This document shows positions 39,548 to 56,891 of a DNA stretch of 64,000 nt, in pieces. How positions within the stretch are numbered: the first letter of the stretch is position 1; every line of letters starts with the position of its first letter. The stretch is from Utricularia gibba. Taxonomy: Eukaryota > Plantae > Magnoliophyta. The stretch is from NCBI GenBank assembly GCA_002189035.1, contig CM007991.1:3658001-3722000 (forward strand), in the 5' to 3' direction. Position numbers and translations under genes: made by a program. The notes under the pieces are model-generated. The model was not told the origin of the DNA. It worked only from the letters and a program-made list of their open reading frames with translations, and did not search any database.

Positions 39548-40863
39548 ACGAAATACGTTGATTGTTGGTGTTGACCTTCAGCATTTTGTTACTGTATTTC
39601 AGTTTTTCATTCTACTGTTTTTGCGTTTGAAAATGTTGACTCAACTGCTGAATTCCAGATTTCATTACCCTAGTCCTTTACTGTTGGTGTTTTTAACCCG
39701 ATTCGTTGTCATCTGGGTCGAACCACAACGTTGTCTAATCCAAATACCTGATTGGGCTGATGTCTCCCAGTGAGTTTCTGTTTTGCTGATGTTAAGAACC
39801 TTGCTGCTCTATCTTCCTTCTTTTTGTCTGAAACACAGGGATCGCGGCGAGCTGCCATATCTCAAATCCCTCCTTTCTCGGATACCAGTTGACTCCAAAC
39901 ATGGAAGGTAACCGTTTCTACAGCTCCTTGAATCAGGCGGACAGTCTCTGCAACTCGTAGAAGGGTGTAACCCAGATGACAATGATGTCGAAGAATTCAT
40001 GGGCCAGAGAGGGCTCCCACTACGGGTCCCCAGGGTCCGCAAGGCCCATAGCCCTCCCTTCCCACCTAGGATTCCATCCCCACCCTTTTGGAAGTTCCTC
40101 CATCTCCGGTCCATATGTGATCCCTTCGTCTCCGGTCGGCCGCTGCTGCCCGGTATTAGTAGTACGGTGAAGAAACCTCCCATTCTATCATGTTTTTCTT
40201 TTAAAAAAATGTCATTCATGAGCTCAGGAACGGCATGTACCCATGTCTCCTGAACTGCACTCCGTCTCCTCCCAAGGAGAAGATCTGACATTTTGTTGCG
40301 TCGGCTCCGGCAGGAGCACGGGTTCGGGGAGTACGATCTGGCAGACTGGGGGCGGCCAGCCTAGCCTTTTTTCACATACGAATCATTGAAGAATGGGGCC
40401 CATCTTCGCACAAAGCACATTGGTCGTTGCCCCTCCTAAAAGATTCTTCCTACACCTTTGTCTCCATTCTCGGGTTGTTTTATGGCTTAATTCTCCCTTC
40501 ATACGCAAAACCCATTTGTGTTATCACCTTTCCTCTTTGTTTTCTGGGTGTCGGCAAGCGTTGATGCGCTAATTGCGGGAAGGTTTTCGCTGTGTTTAAT
40601 GAGGGAATTAAGACTGTGCTGTCTAGGCTCTAGTAGGTTGAAGAAGCTGGTGTTTTGCTCATTCGCTTGGGTCTCTTTCACTCGCCACTTTCTTTTGAGT
40701 GTGTATGTCTTTCTTGCAAGTTAAATCTTGGCATTGATTACCAGTGTTTCATCGCTATTGCTGAATCACGCCTCTTTTTTGCTCTTTTTCTTTCTCTTTT
40801 AAGTTAGGTGTGCCGGCACAGAGATTTCCTCACTTCTCTGAATGAGAGCTTGAATAGGGAAGA

Positions 40864-42903
40864 ATGAAGGGGCTAGTAAGTACGTTATTCCTTTTTGTGA
40901 ATGGCACCCTCTTTTTGTGTTGATGAAACAAGAAAAATTCAATTTTGATTCACAATTCTAACGTTCGGCTGAATTGGTGATTTCAGCTTCTGGGTATGAA
41001 TCTTTTTGCTCCACATTTCTGCAGATGGAGTATATTAGTTCAGTCCTGATGTTGTTTTCTCTGTGATCTGTATGCATTGTCTGCAAATGGGAATAGATTC
41101 TGTCTTTAGATCTGTGTTTCCCAGTTTCTGAAACCAAAATAGTGATTTCTGCGAAGGCTGATTGCTATCTCTCCTTCCTTGCAAAGCATGAATCCTATGG
41201 CCGGCTCCGTCTTGTCCTAATGGTTTACTCTTTTGCTATGCAAATTAGGCACTTCTGCTGTTGCTCCTTGTCTCAAGCGATGCAGCAGCAGACTACAAGG
41301 GAGTGTGCAATTCGAACTGGCCATTGATACCGCGACCTCACAGTGTATCCGTAACCGAATTCGGCGCAATTGGAGATGGGAAAACACTCAACACTTTAGC
41401 ATTTCAGAATGCCATCTTCTATCTGAAATCATTTGCAGACAAGGGAGGAGCTCAGCTCTATGTCCCCCCAGGCCAATGGCTCACCGGCTGCATCACCCTT
41501 ACAAGCCATCTCACTCTCTTCCTGGAAAAAGATGCTGTTATTCTTGGTTCTCAGGTTCAGAACCAGTTTTTTATAAACCCTTACTACCTATCTGTTATCC
41601 CTTCTGGAGTGCTACTAGCTTACACCCGATTTTGCAGGACTATGAACACTGGGAAATTGTCGACCCCTTGCCGTCGTATGGACGAGGCGTCGACATGCCC
41701 GGCCGGAGATATCTTAGCTTGATCAGTGGACAGAATTTAACAGATGTTGTTATCACAGGTAGTAAAGGTTGAATCTTGATGATTTCTTCAATGCTCATGT
41801 CATCTGATCACATTTGCATTGCCTCTTCTGGTAAGGAAACAATGGGAAGATCGATGGGCAGGGGTCTGTTTGGTGGGAAAAAACAGATAACCGTTCTTTG
41901 AACTACAGTCGGCCGCATCTTGTCGAATTGATCTCTTCAGACAGCATCGTTATATCGAACTTGACCTTTGTAAATTCACCATCCTGGAGCATTCACCCTG
42001 TTTATTGCAGGTAGTAGCTTGTATTTCCCTGTTTGGACATGATCTGTCTGTGTGAAAGGGTGAAGCCTGAACTGTTTTTTGAGCTTTTTCCAGCAACTTG
42101 CTGGTGCAGAACATTTCTGTGCACTCTCCACCGGATTCTCCGAACACCTGCGGCATTGTTCCAGGTGCGGTTTAAGCCTTAGATTTATCTGCAATCTTTC
42201 CGGCTGAATGCTTATCGTATTGGTTCCAGATTCATCAGGGAATGTTTGCATTGAGAACAGCAACATCAGCACAGGGCATGATGCCATAGCAATTAAAAGT
42301 GGTTGGGACGAATATGGAATATCATATGGGAAACCAACCAGTGGTGTTCATATCAGACGGATTCGCCTGCAGTCGTATTCCGGCTCCGGTTTCGCCATCG
42401 GCAGCGAGATGTCCGGTGGGATCTCCGGTATCCTTGCGGAGCAGCTCTATATCCACAACTCCTCCGTTGCAATCTACCTCAAAACAGCTAGGGGCAGAGG
42501 AGGTTACATCAGAGACATCTTCATATCAGACTCCTTGATCCAGAAGGTGCAGGTTGGGATCAAGTTCTCCGGCGACTGTTCTTCTCATCCCGACGACGCA
42601 TTCGATCCCGCCGCCCTGCCCTCCGTCACCAACATCACGATGGAAGACATCCTTGGTACAGATATTACATCCGCCGGTGTCTTCTCCGGCATCCCGGAAT
42701 CACCCTTCACTTCCATATGCCTTTCCAACGTCTCCTTCGCCCTGAACTCAGACTCCTCCCCCATCTCTTCCTGGACATGCGACAACGTCGCTGGTTCATC
42801 CATCAACGTGCTCCCTCGAGCTTGCCCCGCCCTCCAGTCCTCATTTCCTTCCGGATGCTCCATTCTGTCATCCCTGTCCAGGAACTCCATAGAAGAAGCA
42901 TGA
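40864..42903 (+). CDS. GH28 polygalacturonase-like, 6 exons (12-nt first exon MKGL)
   Basis: Signal peptide, FGAIGDGKTLNT, SPNTCGIVPDSS, GHDAIAIKSGWDEYG, AIGSEMSGG and KTARGRGG. Confidence 0.92.
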
Positions 42904-44191
42904 GCACCGCCGCCATCTCCCGGCATATACATCTCCACTCCAGACTTCCCAGGGCGTGACATACAGTACACTAGAACAGGGGCATCAAGAGAAGGCCGAA
43001 GGTGAGTCTAAGAAGAAAGTTTTGACTGTCTTTTCCATTTCCTTTGTTTTTTTTGTCTTTTTTTTTGTGGGAAATGAATATGGGCCTGGTCCAACTCATT
43101 TTGGGCCTTGCATGAACCAATCCAAACGCATCCGTTGTTTGGTACAAAAACCGGAGACGGCCCACGGGAAAAAAAGTAAACTCTAGTGGCGCCCTGACAG
43201 TGAAATGGCCGACCACGATAAGCCCCACGCTTTTGGTATAAAACCCTAATATTAATCTTTTTTAAAAAAAAATACTTCTTACATATATAATTTATTGATA
43301 TGAATTTAAAAAAATAAGTAAAAAAACTCTTAGACAAATAAAGATGGCCCTATTGATGACCTTGATGGTCGTTAATATTTTTAGGTGTCCTAAACTAAAA
43401 GTTTTTTACATAAAAAACATTTGTATACTGAATATACAATCTACAAATATTCTATATGAAAATAAATACAGTAGCACCAATTTTAAGTCGATTTATAAAG
43501 AATAATCGATTTTTAATTGCTTATACCTAAGAGTGTAATAATATTTTCAAATATGTAAAAAAAATTTATGGTGCACATTACTATCATAGAAAAATACATA
43601 AATCCCTATTCTAATTTTATTTTTAAAATTTATGTATTTTTAATTTAAATACGAATAAAACTAAAATTTATGAATTCGTATACTCATATCACTATATTCC
43701 CCAATCCATAAACCCGTACTTGGGCATCATAGGGATTCTACGGATAAATCCATGTACCAAACGTACTCTAAGGGTGATCAATATTATGGTACACACTATT
43801 TCTAAATCACCCATCAAAGATATGTCATCATATGTTAATGTGGTTTGAGGTGCATTTGGATAGGGTGGGCCGGTAGGGGCATGCGGATTGCCCCACGGTC
43901 CACCTACCGAGCGGTTGACCTTCAGGTGGGCTGGGGGGTCATTCGCCTACGGTTTTCCTCGATCCTGTGGTGTGTACTTCCGAAACTACCCCTGCGCGAT
44001 CAAAGAATATTCCAACGGCGTCACGGAGAACTTTCTCTCTCACTTCGAACTCCCAATTTCGCGAGTCTTGAATTTCTTCAATCGTCTGCGATCTTCGGTC
44101 TACCGAACTCCGGAATTGGAATCTGTTTGCGGATAGCTGTGTGTTTTTTGGGTGAGTGCGGTGTGGGGGATACGCGAGGGGGCTTGTGGAG

Positions 44192-46107
44192 ATGGCGACT
44201 AAGGGAGGGTATGCGGCGGCGATGTCGAGGCAGGCCGGTGATAGGCTCTATAGGCCGCCGCAGAGGCGCCAGCAGCAAGAGCTGTTGGAGAGGCAGCAGA
44301 AGCAGCACCAATCGTGCAGGAAGGAGGCGGTACACCAAGAATTCTTATTGCCGGAGACCGTAAATGGTGTGGATTTCTCATCGAAACCGGCGGCATTGCC
44401 TGTAGCGAGTTCGTTGGCTCATGTTGCGCCTGGGGTTGTTACGAACTTGGATCGCTTGATGGAAGCTGTAACTCCTTTCGTGGAGGCGAGGATTTCGTCG
44501 GAGGTATATTTGCTGGGACTGTTTCTTTGTTACGTCATCTGTATAAACCCTGAAGTTCCGAAATTTTTGCTAGAAAATCGCCTTAAATGGTGGGGAAATA
44601 GATTTTCCGTTTGTGGAGAAATATATTTTCAATTAATCTGTGTGTCATCAACAAAAGCATTAGTTTATTAGGAGATCTCTGATGCTCTGTATGATCTCTC
44701 CTTAAAATGAGCATAATGGAAATGCTGTTTAATGTTCACAAATCTAATGATTCTCTGAATCTGTTCCGGTATCTCGAGAAATTACTGAATCATTCACCTA
44801 GCTGCTTTCATAATGAATTTGGAGTCTTTGGCAGGTTTCCTCGAGGCGACAAAGAAACCGTGATCTAAATTCAGTTCCCTTCTATTACTTGGAGGACCTT
44901 TGGGAATCCTATAGCGAGTGGAGTGTTTATGGAGCTGGGGTATCATTGATGTTCAATGGAAGTGAAGTTATTGAACAATTTTATGTTCCATCCTTGTCTG
45001 GCATACAGTTATACATCGGCAAATCCTCCTCAACTTCACGATCCAAGTGCGTTTTAACCAACACCAGTCGTTCTACTTGCATTAACCTCTTGTATTGGGT
45101 GTCTTTGTAGAGTGGTCTATCATGATTCCTACCTTGAATTGTTCGTTATTCTCTGATCTGTCTCAAGTACGCTAATTTGTTTCAGGGGACCGGAGGAGGA
45201 TGATATTGACTCAAACAGGTTGACAAGCATTTCTGGCAGCGGTGACCCTGAAAGAGAGACAAGTGTGAATATGAACACGCAACGGCTTAATAGGCTATCA
45301 TTACAAAGTGACTCTGTGACAAATTCCTCTTCCAGTTCTGATGCAGATGGTTCCCCAAGGGTACCATTGTTTCAGTATCTAGAACATGAGCAACCATATA
45401 ACCGCAGACCACTTTCTGAGAAGGTGTGTTGTGCAAAGGGGCTGTTCCTGATGCATTATTACTCACTTTTCATGTTATCTAAGTTAATGATTGTAATTAT
45501 TAATGTTCTCTACAGATATCACTACTTGCATCTCAATCTCCTGAGCTAAGCAAGCTCAGGAGCTCTGATCTACATCCATCAAGTTGGATGTGTGTGGCAT
45601 GGTATGTCATAGAGCCTAAATATTTACATTGATCATCTGGTGCATTCTCCTTGACGCACCCCTATCCTCTTTAATCATTTCTTGCAGGTATCCAATATAC
45701 CGGATTCCCATAGGCTCAACGCTCCAAGATCTCGATTCATCCTTTTTGACATTTCACTTGTTGTCTACACAACCTCGAAGTATGTCGCTTTTTTACATTC
45801 ATTGGTTTACCTTCATTTGAGCCTCTGTGCTAGATCTTGTTATATTTTCGTTACAGCTAACAAGTCAGCTCTCTTCCGTGGCCCGAACTCTAGAAAAGGA
45901 ATCGAAGATCCAACTCCAAGGATTTCACTGCCAGTGTTCGCCCTTGCTTCATACAAGATGAAGGGCTCCATAGTAAGCCCCAGTAAACCCAATGAATGTG
46001 AGCAAGAGGAGCATCTCTTGCAAGCTGCAGATCAATGGCTTGCAGATATGCAGGTCAAGTTACCCGACTACCAGTTCTTTCGGGGCCACTACTCGCCACG
46101 AAGATGA
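44192..46107 (+). CDS. DUF789 family protein, 6 exons
   Basis: [50 protein letters not shown] and [10 protein letters not shown]. Confidence 0.9.
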
Positions 46108-46450
46108 CGAGGTATCTACTTTTGTCTACCAAAGTTTGTGATTGTGATTAAACTCCTAAAGAACAAAAGCGCTGATCCTTCAAAATGGAGCGGCTGCTGA
46201 TGTATCTCTAAAAACCATAGATGTTGTTGCAAATTAGTTTACCATGTGAATCTTTCATGGAAATTAGTATGTGCATTAGAGATGATGATCTGTGACACTT
46301 GAAATGAATTTCAATGGGATGAGAACGGCCTTCAAAACAAACACAGAAGTATTGCTTAGCATATCCATTCCTTTATGAGACCAGTGTTGTACAACTACTA
46401 CTGCACCTGCACTTAGCCACAATGAGAAAGCATAAAAAACCTGTCTTTGC

Positions 46451-47811
46451 TCAAAAGTCATCAAGAATCGTTGACATCAACATTCCTTGCAAAAACTCAG
46501 TCCGGCTACTTTTCTGGTGGTTCATGTCTGAGAAAGATGGCTCTATCCTGCAACAACAAGCATCGGTCCCAACACACTGAGCCTAAGAATGCAGTCGCTT
46601 ATGAATAGCTAAAAATGAGCAATCAAAACTTGATTAGAAGAGCTGCCTACCTTTCTGAGGAATCATCTTTGTGTCTGGTTACTGATAAACTGGCCTCAGA
46701 CATGGAAGCATGTTTGATGGGTTCCTGGGCCACGCGTTTAGGCGGGGTGTTGACAAATGATAAAAGCATCGTATCAACTGCCTTACCACGAGATATGCCC
46801 ACACTGAGGGCCTCCTTAATCACGAGTAAATGTTTATCCTGCAACTCCTTTCTCAAAAGAAATATTGCTGAACGGGAGCGAGCACTATGATGCTTCTTGG
46901 TGCACAGAGTGTGCTATATACCAGGTGAAGAAAAACAAAGGAACAACGAGAAATGCAAATCATTGATAAAAAACTTTAAGATCCTAAACTTGATTAGAAG
47001 GATATCTTCAAAATGCTCTCATGGTGTGTGATGACATGAGAAGCCATGTTCCCACCTATCTTCACGGCACAAACCGGACAAATCTGCAAATGTGATACAC
47101 TATCCTCAGCACACCCAACCACAAACAAGATCTCCTTTCGTTTCCAGAATCAAACCAGAAAGAATGAACATATCTCTTCACAATAACCAAACAGAGAGCC
47201 TCAAATTATCAATACCTGAATGAAACTAGTTCACATAAAACACTTGAAAACCTTTGTTTCTGAACTATTGTACTACTTTATTCTTTGAGTTCTCAATACA
47301 CAGTAAGGCAGCTACACCCTCTAATAAGCTTGTTACGGGAATTTAATTGCAAATACCCAGAGAATGATGCGCAACTCGATCACCTAGCTTTTCAGAAAGG
47401 AATGGTGCAGCATGAATAAACAGAGCGGATAAGATATTTGGAATTACCCCGGGCTTAACCTCCATCCGGTGATCGGCGTCAATGTGACAACACAAACCCA
47501 GCACATCGAAGTCCTCGAAGCAAAACGGGCAAGCCAAGTCTTCAGCTCTTCGGTCTTTCACCAAACCGTTGACTTCTTCCCCCTCATACTCCTCCTCCGT
47601 TTCATCTTCCTCATCCATATACTCATCTATCGACAAAAGCAGCACAAATTCGACCAGCCCAGCAGCAAACACCCAAATTAATAATAATAAAACTCAAAAA
47701 AGAAACCGAAAAACGAAAAAACAGACTGAATTCACTCACACACCCACCAGTACTATGCATGGAGTAGGACGACAAAGCGAGTTCCAAGTCATCAATAAAC
47801 CGATCAGCCAT
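46451..47811 (-). CDS. DI19: Dehydration-induced 19 (Di19) zinc-finger protein, 5 exons
   Basis: ACPFCFEDFDVLGLCCHIDADH, ICPVCAVKIG...H, LLRKELQ and C-terminal EFLQGMLMSTILDDF. Contains an AT-AC intron. Confidence 0.92.
46911..47005 (-). other. U12-type AT-AC intron in Di19
   Basis: Minus strand 5' ATATCCTT, branch-like TTCTTCAC about 14 nt before the 3' AC. Removal gives HESILK|TLCTKKHH in frame. Confidence 0.88.
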
Positions 47812-48188
47812 CACGAAATCGAAACCAGGCTTCACAGTGGAGGTGGCGAGGAGACCAGAAGCCAATCAATTAACCCAAAAAGTGAGAAATCCGGAGTTTC
47901 AATTAGGGTTTCAAAATACTTTCCATTTTCCTCCCTTTTTCCTCGACATGCGATTGACAGGTGAAAGAACGTGCGTCCGGATTGTAAAGTCAGTAGTCGG
48001 CCACAGCGGAAAAGTGGAGCAAGACGCAAATGGCGTACGCGTGGAAAACAATGGAACAAGAGCTACTACATCTCCGGCCCCCGGGTCGGATCTATCCGCC
48101 AGTGACCCGACTGATCGATTGAAGAATCCCGTTGTCTCCCCATCCACCACCACAATTTGCCGCGAAATGTTTTTTTATCCTTCGCGGG

Positions 48189-48198
48189 GACACGTGTC
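48189..48198. promoter_or_regulatory. ABRE/G-box palindrome upstream of Di19
   Basis: GACACGTGTC lies about 380 bp upstream of the Di19 ATG, consistent with an ABA/drought-responsive family. Motif match only. Confidence 0.45.
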
Positions 48199-49577
48199 AC
48201 GTTCTCGAAGGTAATTTATAAGCCGCGTGGGACGGGTGATATCGAGTTTTCACCCTCTTGATTCCAATTAATTTATTTTGAAAAATTAGGAAAGGTTATA
48301 AATGTAATTCTACCTTTTTCTTTCAAATTTCGATTTATAAAATTATGCAATTTCTAATTCCATTAACTTCTCTATGATTTGTTTTTTTAGACATTTTTGT
48401 GTAGAAATAAGTCAATATTTTGTTCGATTTTTCGCAAGTTTCATTTGTTGGGACTTGATAATATATAGACTTGAATTTTGGAAAAATGCTTTTCAACAAG
48501 CATTCTAATAAAAATTATTTGTGTTTTTTGGAGAACAATTATATATTATTCATTGTGATTTAACTTCTCTATATACGTCATTATACAAAGAAGTTGAATA
48601 ATTAAGTTGGTATAAATAGATAATAATCTATTGTATATTTCAAAAATTTGTATATAATAAGTTTTTTTCTTAAATTTTTTAATTATAGTTATATATGTAG
48701 CATTTTTATTTAAGAAACATTACTGGTAAAAAAAAAGAATACATAAATCTACGAATTGGACGGGGCCCGCTTTAGTGGGGACATTTGGAATTCAATTTGG
48801 GGCCTAGTTACTGACAAGCGAGACTTGAATCCTGGATCCGACCCGGTATCCCAAACAATTTGTATAAAAAAAAATCCGAATAAATACTTGGATGTATGGA
48901 TGGTGATGATGTCAAGGGATCATGCGCAGCAACAGCGCATGGAGAACGCCCATAATATGTACAGATTTACACCATGTCATGCCATGCCATGCCATGTTCA
49001 TGTCCATCATGCTGTCCAAAAGCTGATTCCCCTTCCTTATATCACCCGAAAAAAATGTACATGATTCTCGCTGACTTCCTTCTCTTCGCGTGAGGTGAAT
49101 CAGAAGGTGGATTTCTGGGCGACCATTTAAGCCCTAAGTTCATCGTCAGTCTCCCTGAGCAGTAAAGAGCTTGGAATTAACTTTCTCCTCTGCTGCTACC
49201 GCTGCTGCTGCTTCCATCGGTTTCAGAAATGAAAATGCAATGCCTTGCAGTGTTACTACTCATCGGCGCGGCGAATCTCCGGCATGGTTAATCTTTTTAC
49301 ACTTGGTTCTCTGGGTTTCTTTTTAGGATAAAAGGGTTTTCCCAGCAGCTGCATGAAATCATGCCATGTTCTGTGGTGTGGTCTTGGTTTTGTGAAAAGG
49401 ATGAATGCATACTACTGGTAAGGTAGTTTGTTTGTGGCATATTATAGCATAAAGCATGAAAATAATTACTGTCTGGTGCCAGTGTAAAGCAGAGATGACA
49501 AAGGTAAAACCACACATATGATTACATTACAGCTTCATGGGGGTCTCTCACTATAAATACTGCAGCCATGGATGGAT

Positions 49578-50760
49578 TCATGTGATCTCTATATTTTCAG
49601 TAGAATTGTTTACAGGAAGAATGGAAGCTGATCCATCGTCTCCCACCTTAGTGTCTTGCCTTTTCTTCCCAGATTGGAAGCCTTCGTTTTTGCCAAATGT
49701 CTCTTCTTGACTCAGTTGGGAAGCCACAAATCTGTCAAAAACCCTCCAATCCGTCACGTGGTTGTCACTGATTTCACCATTTTCTGAAAACACCAAGCTC
49801 TCCAGTCCCTCACATTCTTCTTCTCCCTGGTGCAGGGCGCTTCCTTGGCTGATATTCATGGGGAAGAATGAGCTGCAGCCGGCGTCGAGATTGGGGTTCT
49901 CAACGAAGTTGGTTGTTGGCGGGTGGATGTCTAGCGTAGAGGGGAAGTACCCATGATGGAAAGACACCTCCTTTTTGGTGTAAGCTAGAGTATGACTGTA
50001 TAGGAAGGGGTAAGACTGCTGCTCCTTTTGATTTAAAGCTTCCATCTCCGGTAAGGCGGCGCCGTCGTCGTACCATAACGGAGAATATCGATCGCCTGAT
50101 CTTTGCATCGCGACTGGCTTTTTCTTGAAAACCCTACAAACGACCCACCCTTCTTCCTGCATTTCCAAACAACGCCGAGACTCGTCATTACACACGAAGT
50201 CATGTGTAGCATTTCTGGGCTGTTTACGACGTGGGATCGATACTCCGTACCTGCGGCGGTGCATTTTCATCGGATTCCAGGCGATATTCGTGCATGATCC
50301 AATCTGATTTGAGTCCATTCGGGGCTCTTCCTCGATAAAACACCAACGTCTTCCGCATCCCGATCAGCTCCGTCTTCGAATAAATCGACTTATCGCGGCC
50401 GGTCGCCTTCCAGAACCCGGCGGCGGTGGCTCTGTTGGTCCGCGTTCCGGTCGGATACTTCTTATCCTTATGACTAAAGAAGTACCATTCACTCTGCTCC
50501 TCAGCTCCAATTCTACACAGCTCTTTTACAACAACAAAACCAGTACAAATCTAAACCCCACCTCACAGAAAACTAACAAGCAAAAAATCATGACACGTAC
50601 CTTGAAGATCCCAGGGCTCGATTTTGTACAGATCAACGTCTTTAATCACATCCAAATCGATGCTTCCAGAACCCACCTTTCTCCGCAGATAGTAATCCAC
50701 AAGCTCCTCATCCGTCGGATGAAACCGAAACCCCGGCGGCACTTTAGAAACCCCGCTCAT
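49578..50760 (-). CDS. NAC transcription factor, VND (vascular-related NAC) subgroup, 3 exons
   Basis: [53 protein letters not shown] and the C-terminal [15 protein letters not shown] box typical of VND/NST proteins. Confidence 0.92.
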
Positions 50761-52293
50761 ATTCACTGTAACCCAAAAGATATCCCTTCCTTTCAGTTCA
50801 CTAACAGAAAACAAAAATAGACAAGAAAGATAGAACACGGAAACCCTGTCGGGGACATCACCAACGAAGCGTTAAGACTCTCCACGTCCTGTCTCGTTGC
50901 TGTCGGGGTTTGCGTTTGCCGAGGAGAAGGTTTCAGGGAAACCCTAAAACCGAGAAAGCTCGTGAGTTGGAGGAGCAACCAAAACGAAAAGGAAAAGGAG
51001 TTTCGAGTGGGAGGCCTAATGATGAAAAGGTCGGTTTTAGTAGAGGGATTTCATTGGGTGTCCTGCGCTGATGTAGATAAAGGCGACGATGAGAATTGCG
51101 CGCAAAGCTTCCGTTTGGGTCCGGTGTGGCGCAGAGGTCGCCGTGGGGCGGTCACTTGCAGCACTGTGGCGCAGATACCTCCTTCCAGTCCCATACATCT
51201 GGTTTATAAGGTAGGCGCCGGGAGGCTTTCGTCGTAGAGAATACGCTTCGATCATCCATTACCGTCTATCATCATTGGGCTGCCGGGCGCTTTCCACGTG
51301 GAATATTCTCGGCCGTTGGATGCGGGTTGCGGAACCCATACTCCGCGGGCTTATACCTAATAATACAACGTATTCTTTTTTTTTTCATTAATATATTGCA
51401 GGTTGTAAGAATCATTATTTTAAAATGTGAGATTTAATGCAATTCCATACGAATTATGATTTTAGGGTTACATTCACAAATATTATTAAGTAATTATTTT
51501 TTATTATTATTATATTTTTAAAGGATTAAATCCAATTTAACTAATTGTAAAAAAAAAGTTAATGAGTTATTGTGAATATTGAATGAATTATTGGTTTTGA
51601 AACTCGTATTTATCGTACTGTGAAATTAATTATTAAATATTTAAATTCAATAATAATTTTATTGGTTATCAATTTTTGTAAATATTAATTATAACATACT
51701 AGTTTCTGGTGAGTTCGGGCGGCGGACACGCACGTTAACTCCTCATACCAGGGAGGACGCGTTTGTCCTCGTCGGCGGGTTCCATGCTCGTCTTCTCCAT
51801 CGCTTGGCAGGATCTTTTCCAGCCGATCACCAGGTTATTAATCGGTCGAATCCAGTCGAGGTGGAGATCCGGCGATTGGTAGCCCGTACCGCGCTGCTCG
51901 CTTCGTAGCACAGTTCTCTGGTTCGCGATGAATTGGTTTGCGGTTTCGGCGTTTGTTATGGCGTTTTAAGCCGATTAGCTTGTTTTATTGCGGTCAAGGG
52001 CGGATTTTCGGGTTTGCGGCCGGAGGAGGCCGACAGTGGTTGTAATATGCCGTTCTTTTGCATGGCGACTTTTGATCGCGAGTTGACGACGAAGAGAAAA
52101 AGAAATCGTGAAGAAACCAGATTTATGCATCGAGCAAAACTTGCGGCGGTGAAATTGCACCTGGAAGTTACTGCGGCACCCGGTACAAATTTCATGGGCC
52201 TCAAGAACCAAGATCATTATTATGGAAAGGACGGCGAAGATGGCGACTTAGACTTGCTGAATTCATCCTCCAGAAACTCAAGTAGTTTCTTGT

Positions 52294-56026
<3,733 letters not shown>

Positions 56027-56891
56027 TTTCTTCAAGGAAGTGAAGAAGAAGAGGGCGTGATCTAGAGAAACCCAGATCAAAATATCAGGCGCCGTTAGCT
56101 GCTGCTGATGATGATCCATCATATCCGAGTATTTATAAGGTTTCTTTTTTTTTTTGCAATATTGTTTCGAATACCGGTTCGGAATTCAAGTGTGTGAAAA
56201 ACTACACTAATTGATTTCTAAAATAAAGAGTTCCATATATATGTAAAAAATTTGGTTATATTCAATGTCTATTTTGTATCTTAATAATTGAGAGAAAAAG
56301 AAGATATTATCATGTTTATAAATGAATTTAAATTGGAGCCACACAAATACGAGTTCAATAACGGGTCAACGAGCCGTGGGTAAGACGTTGACTGGACTCG
56401 AACGTGCATGGACTTGTCCTAGGTTTACTCATTTTAGAAGGGATAAATTTGTTAAAATATCTACTTGAGTACAAGTGGATCCAAAATATGTTGAATCAAT
56501 ATAAAAAATTACGGGATCAGCATATTAAACTCGTTCCAAGTGCTTAGTTGACTCGAATCATTACACAATTTATATATATTAATATAAATTGAGTTTAATT
56601 TATAAATCATGTATCCATTTGATTGGATTATTTAATTTATTTAATAAAAACATATATATTTTTTATTTTTAGTTTATGTTTCAAATTTAACCCGAATCCA
56701 TCAAGTCTACTTATACCCATGTATTATGAATTCGTCCGGTACATGTTTTTTATAATTATGGAGATGAATATCCAAGTCTACTGTATGTATAACTACCTCT
56801 AACTATGACTATTTAATTTTTTATTTCTAATTAAAAAATATCACCTCAACAAGTCGACTTGTTTAGACTGGACTCGGACTCATATAACAAT

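Noticed and set aside
39990-40100. WW-domain-like LPKGW...WEP spacing on the minus strand
   Set aside because: The central aromatic triplet is missing and the frame contains a stop; likely coincidence.
41025-41069. Possible stop-containing poison exon in polygalacturonase intron 1
   Set aside because: The acceptor is good but the donor context (TCT|GTATGC) is weak, with no further support.
51975-52217. SBP-domain-like fragments (C..C...FHRRKFCSMH; HNKRRNRKP)
   Set aside because: Cys/His spacing is wrong, the RFCQQC core is absent and the pieces are in different frames.
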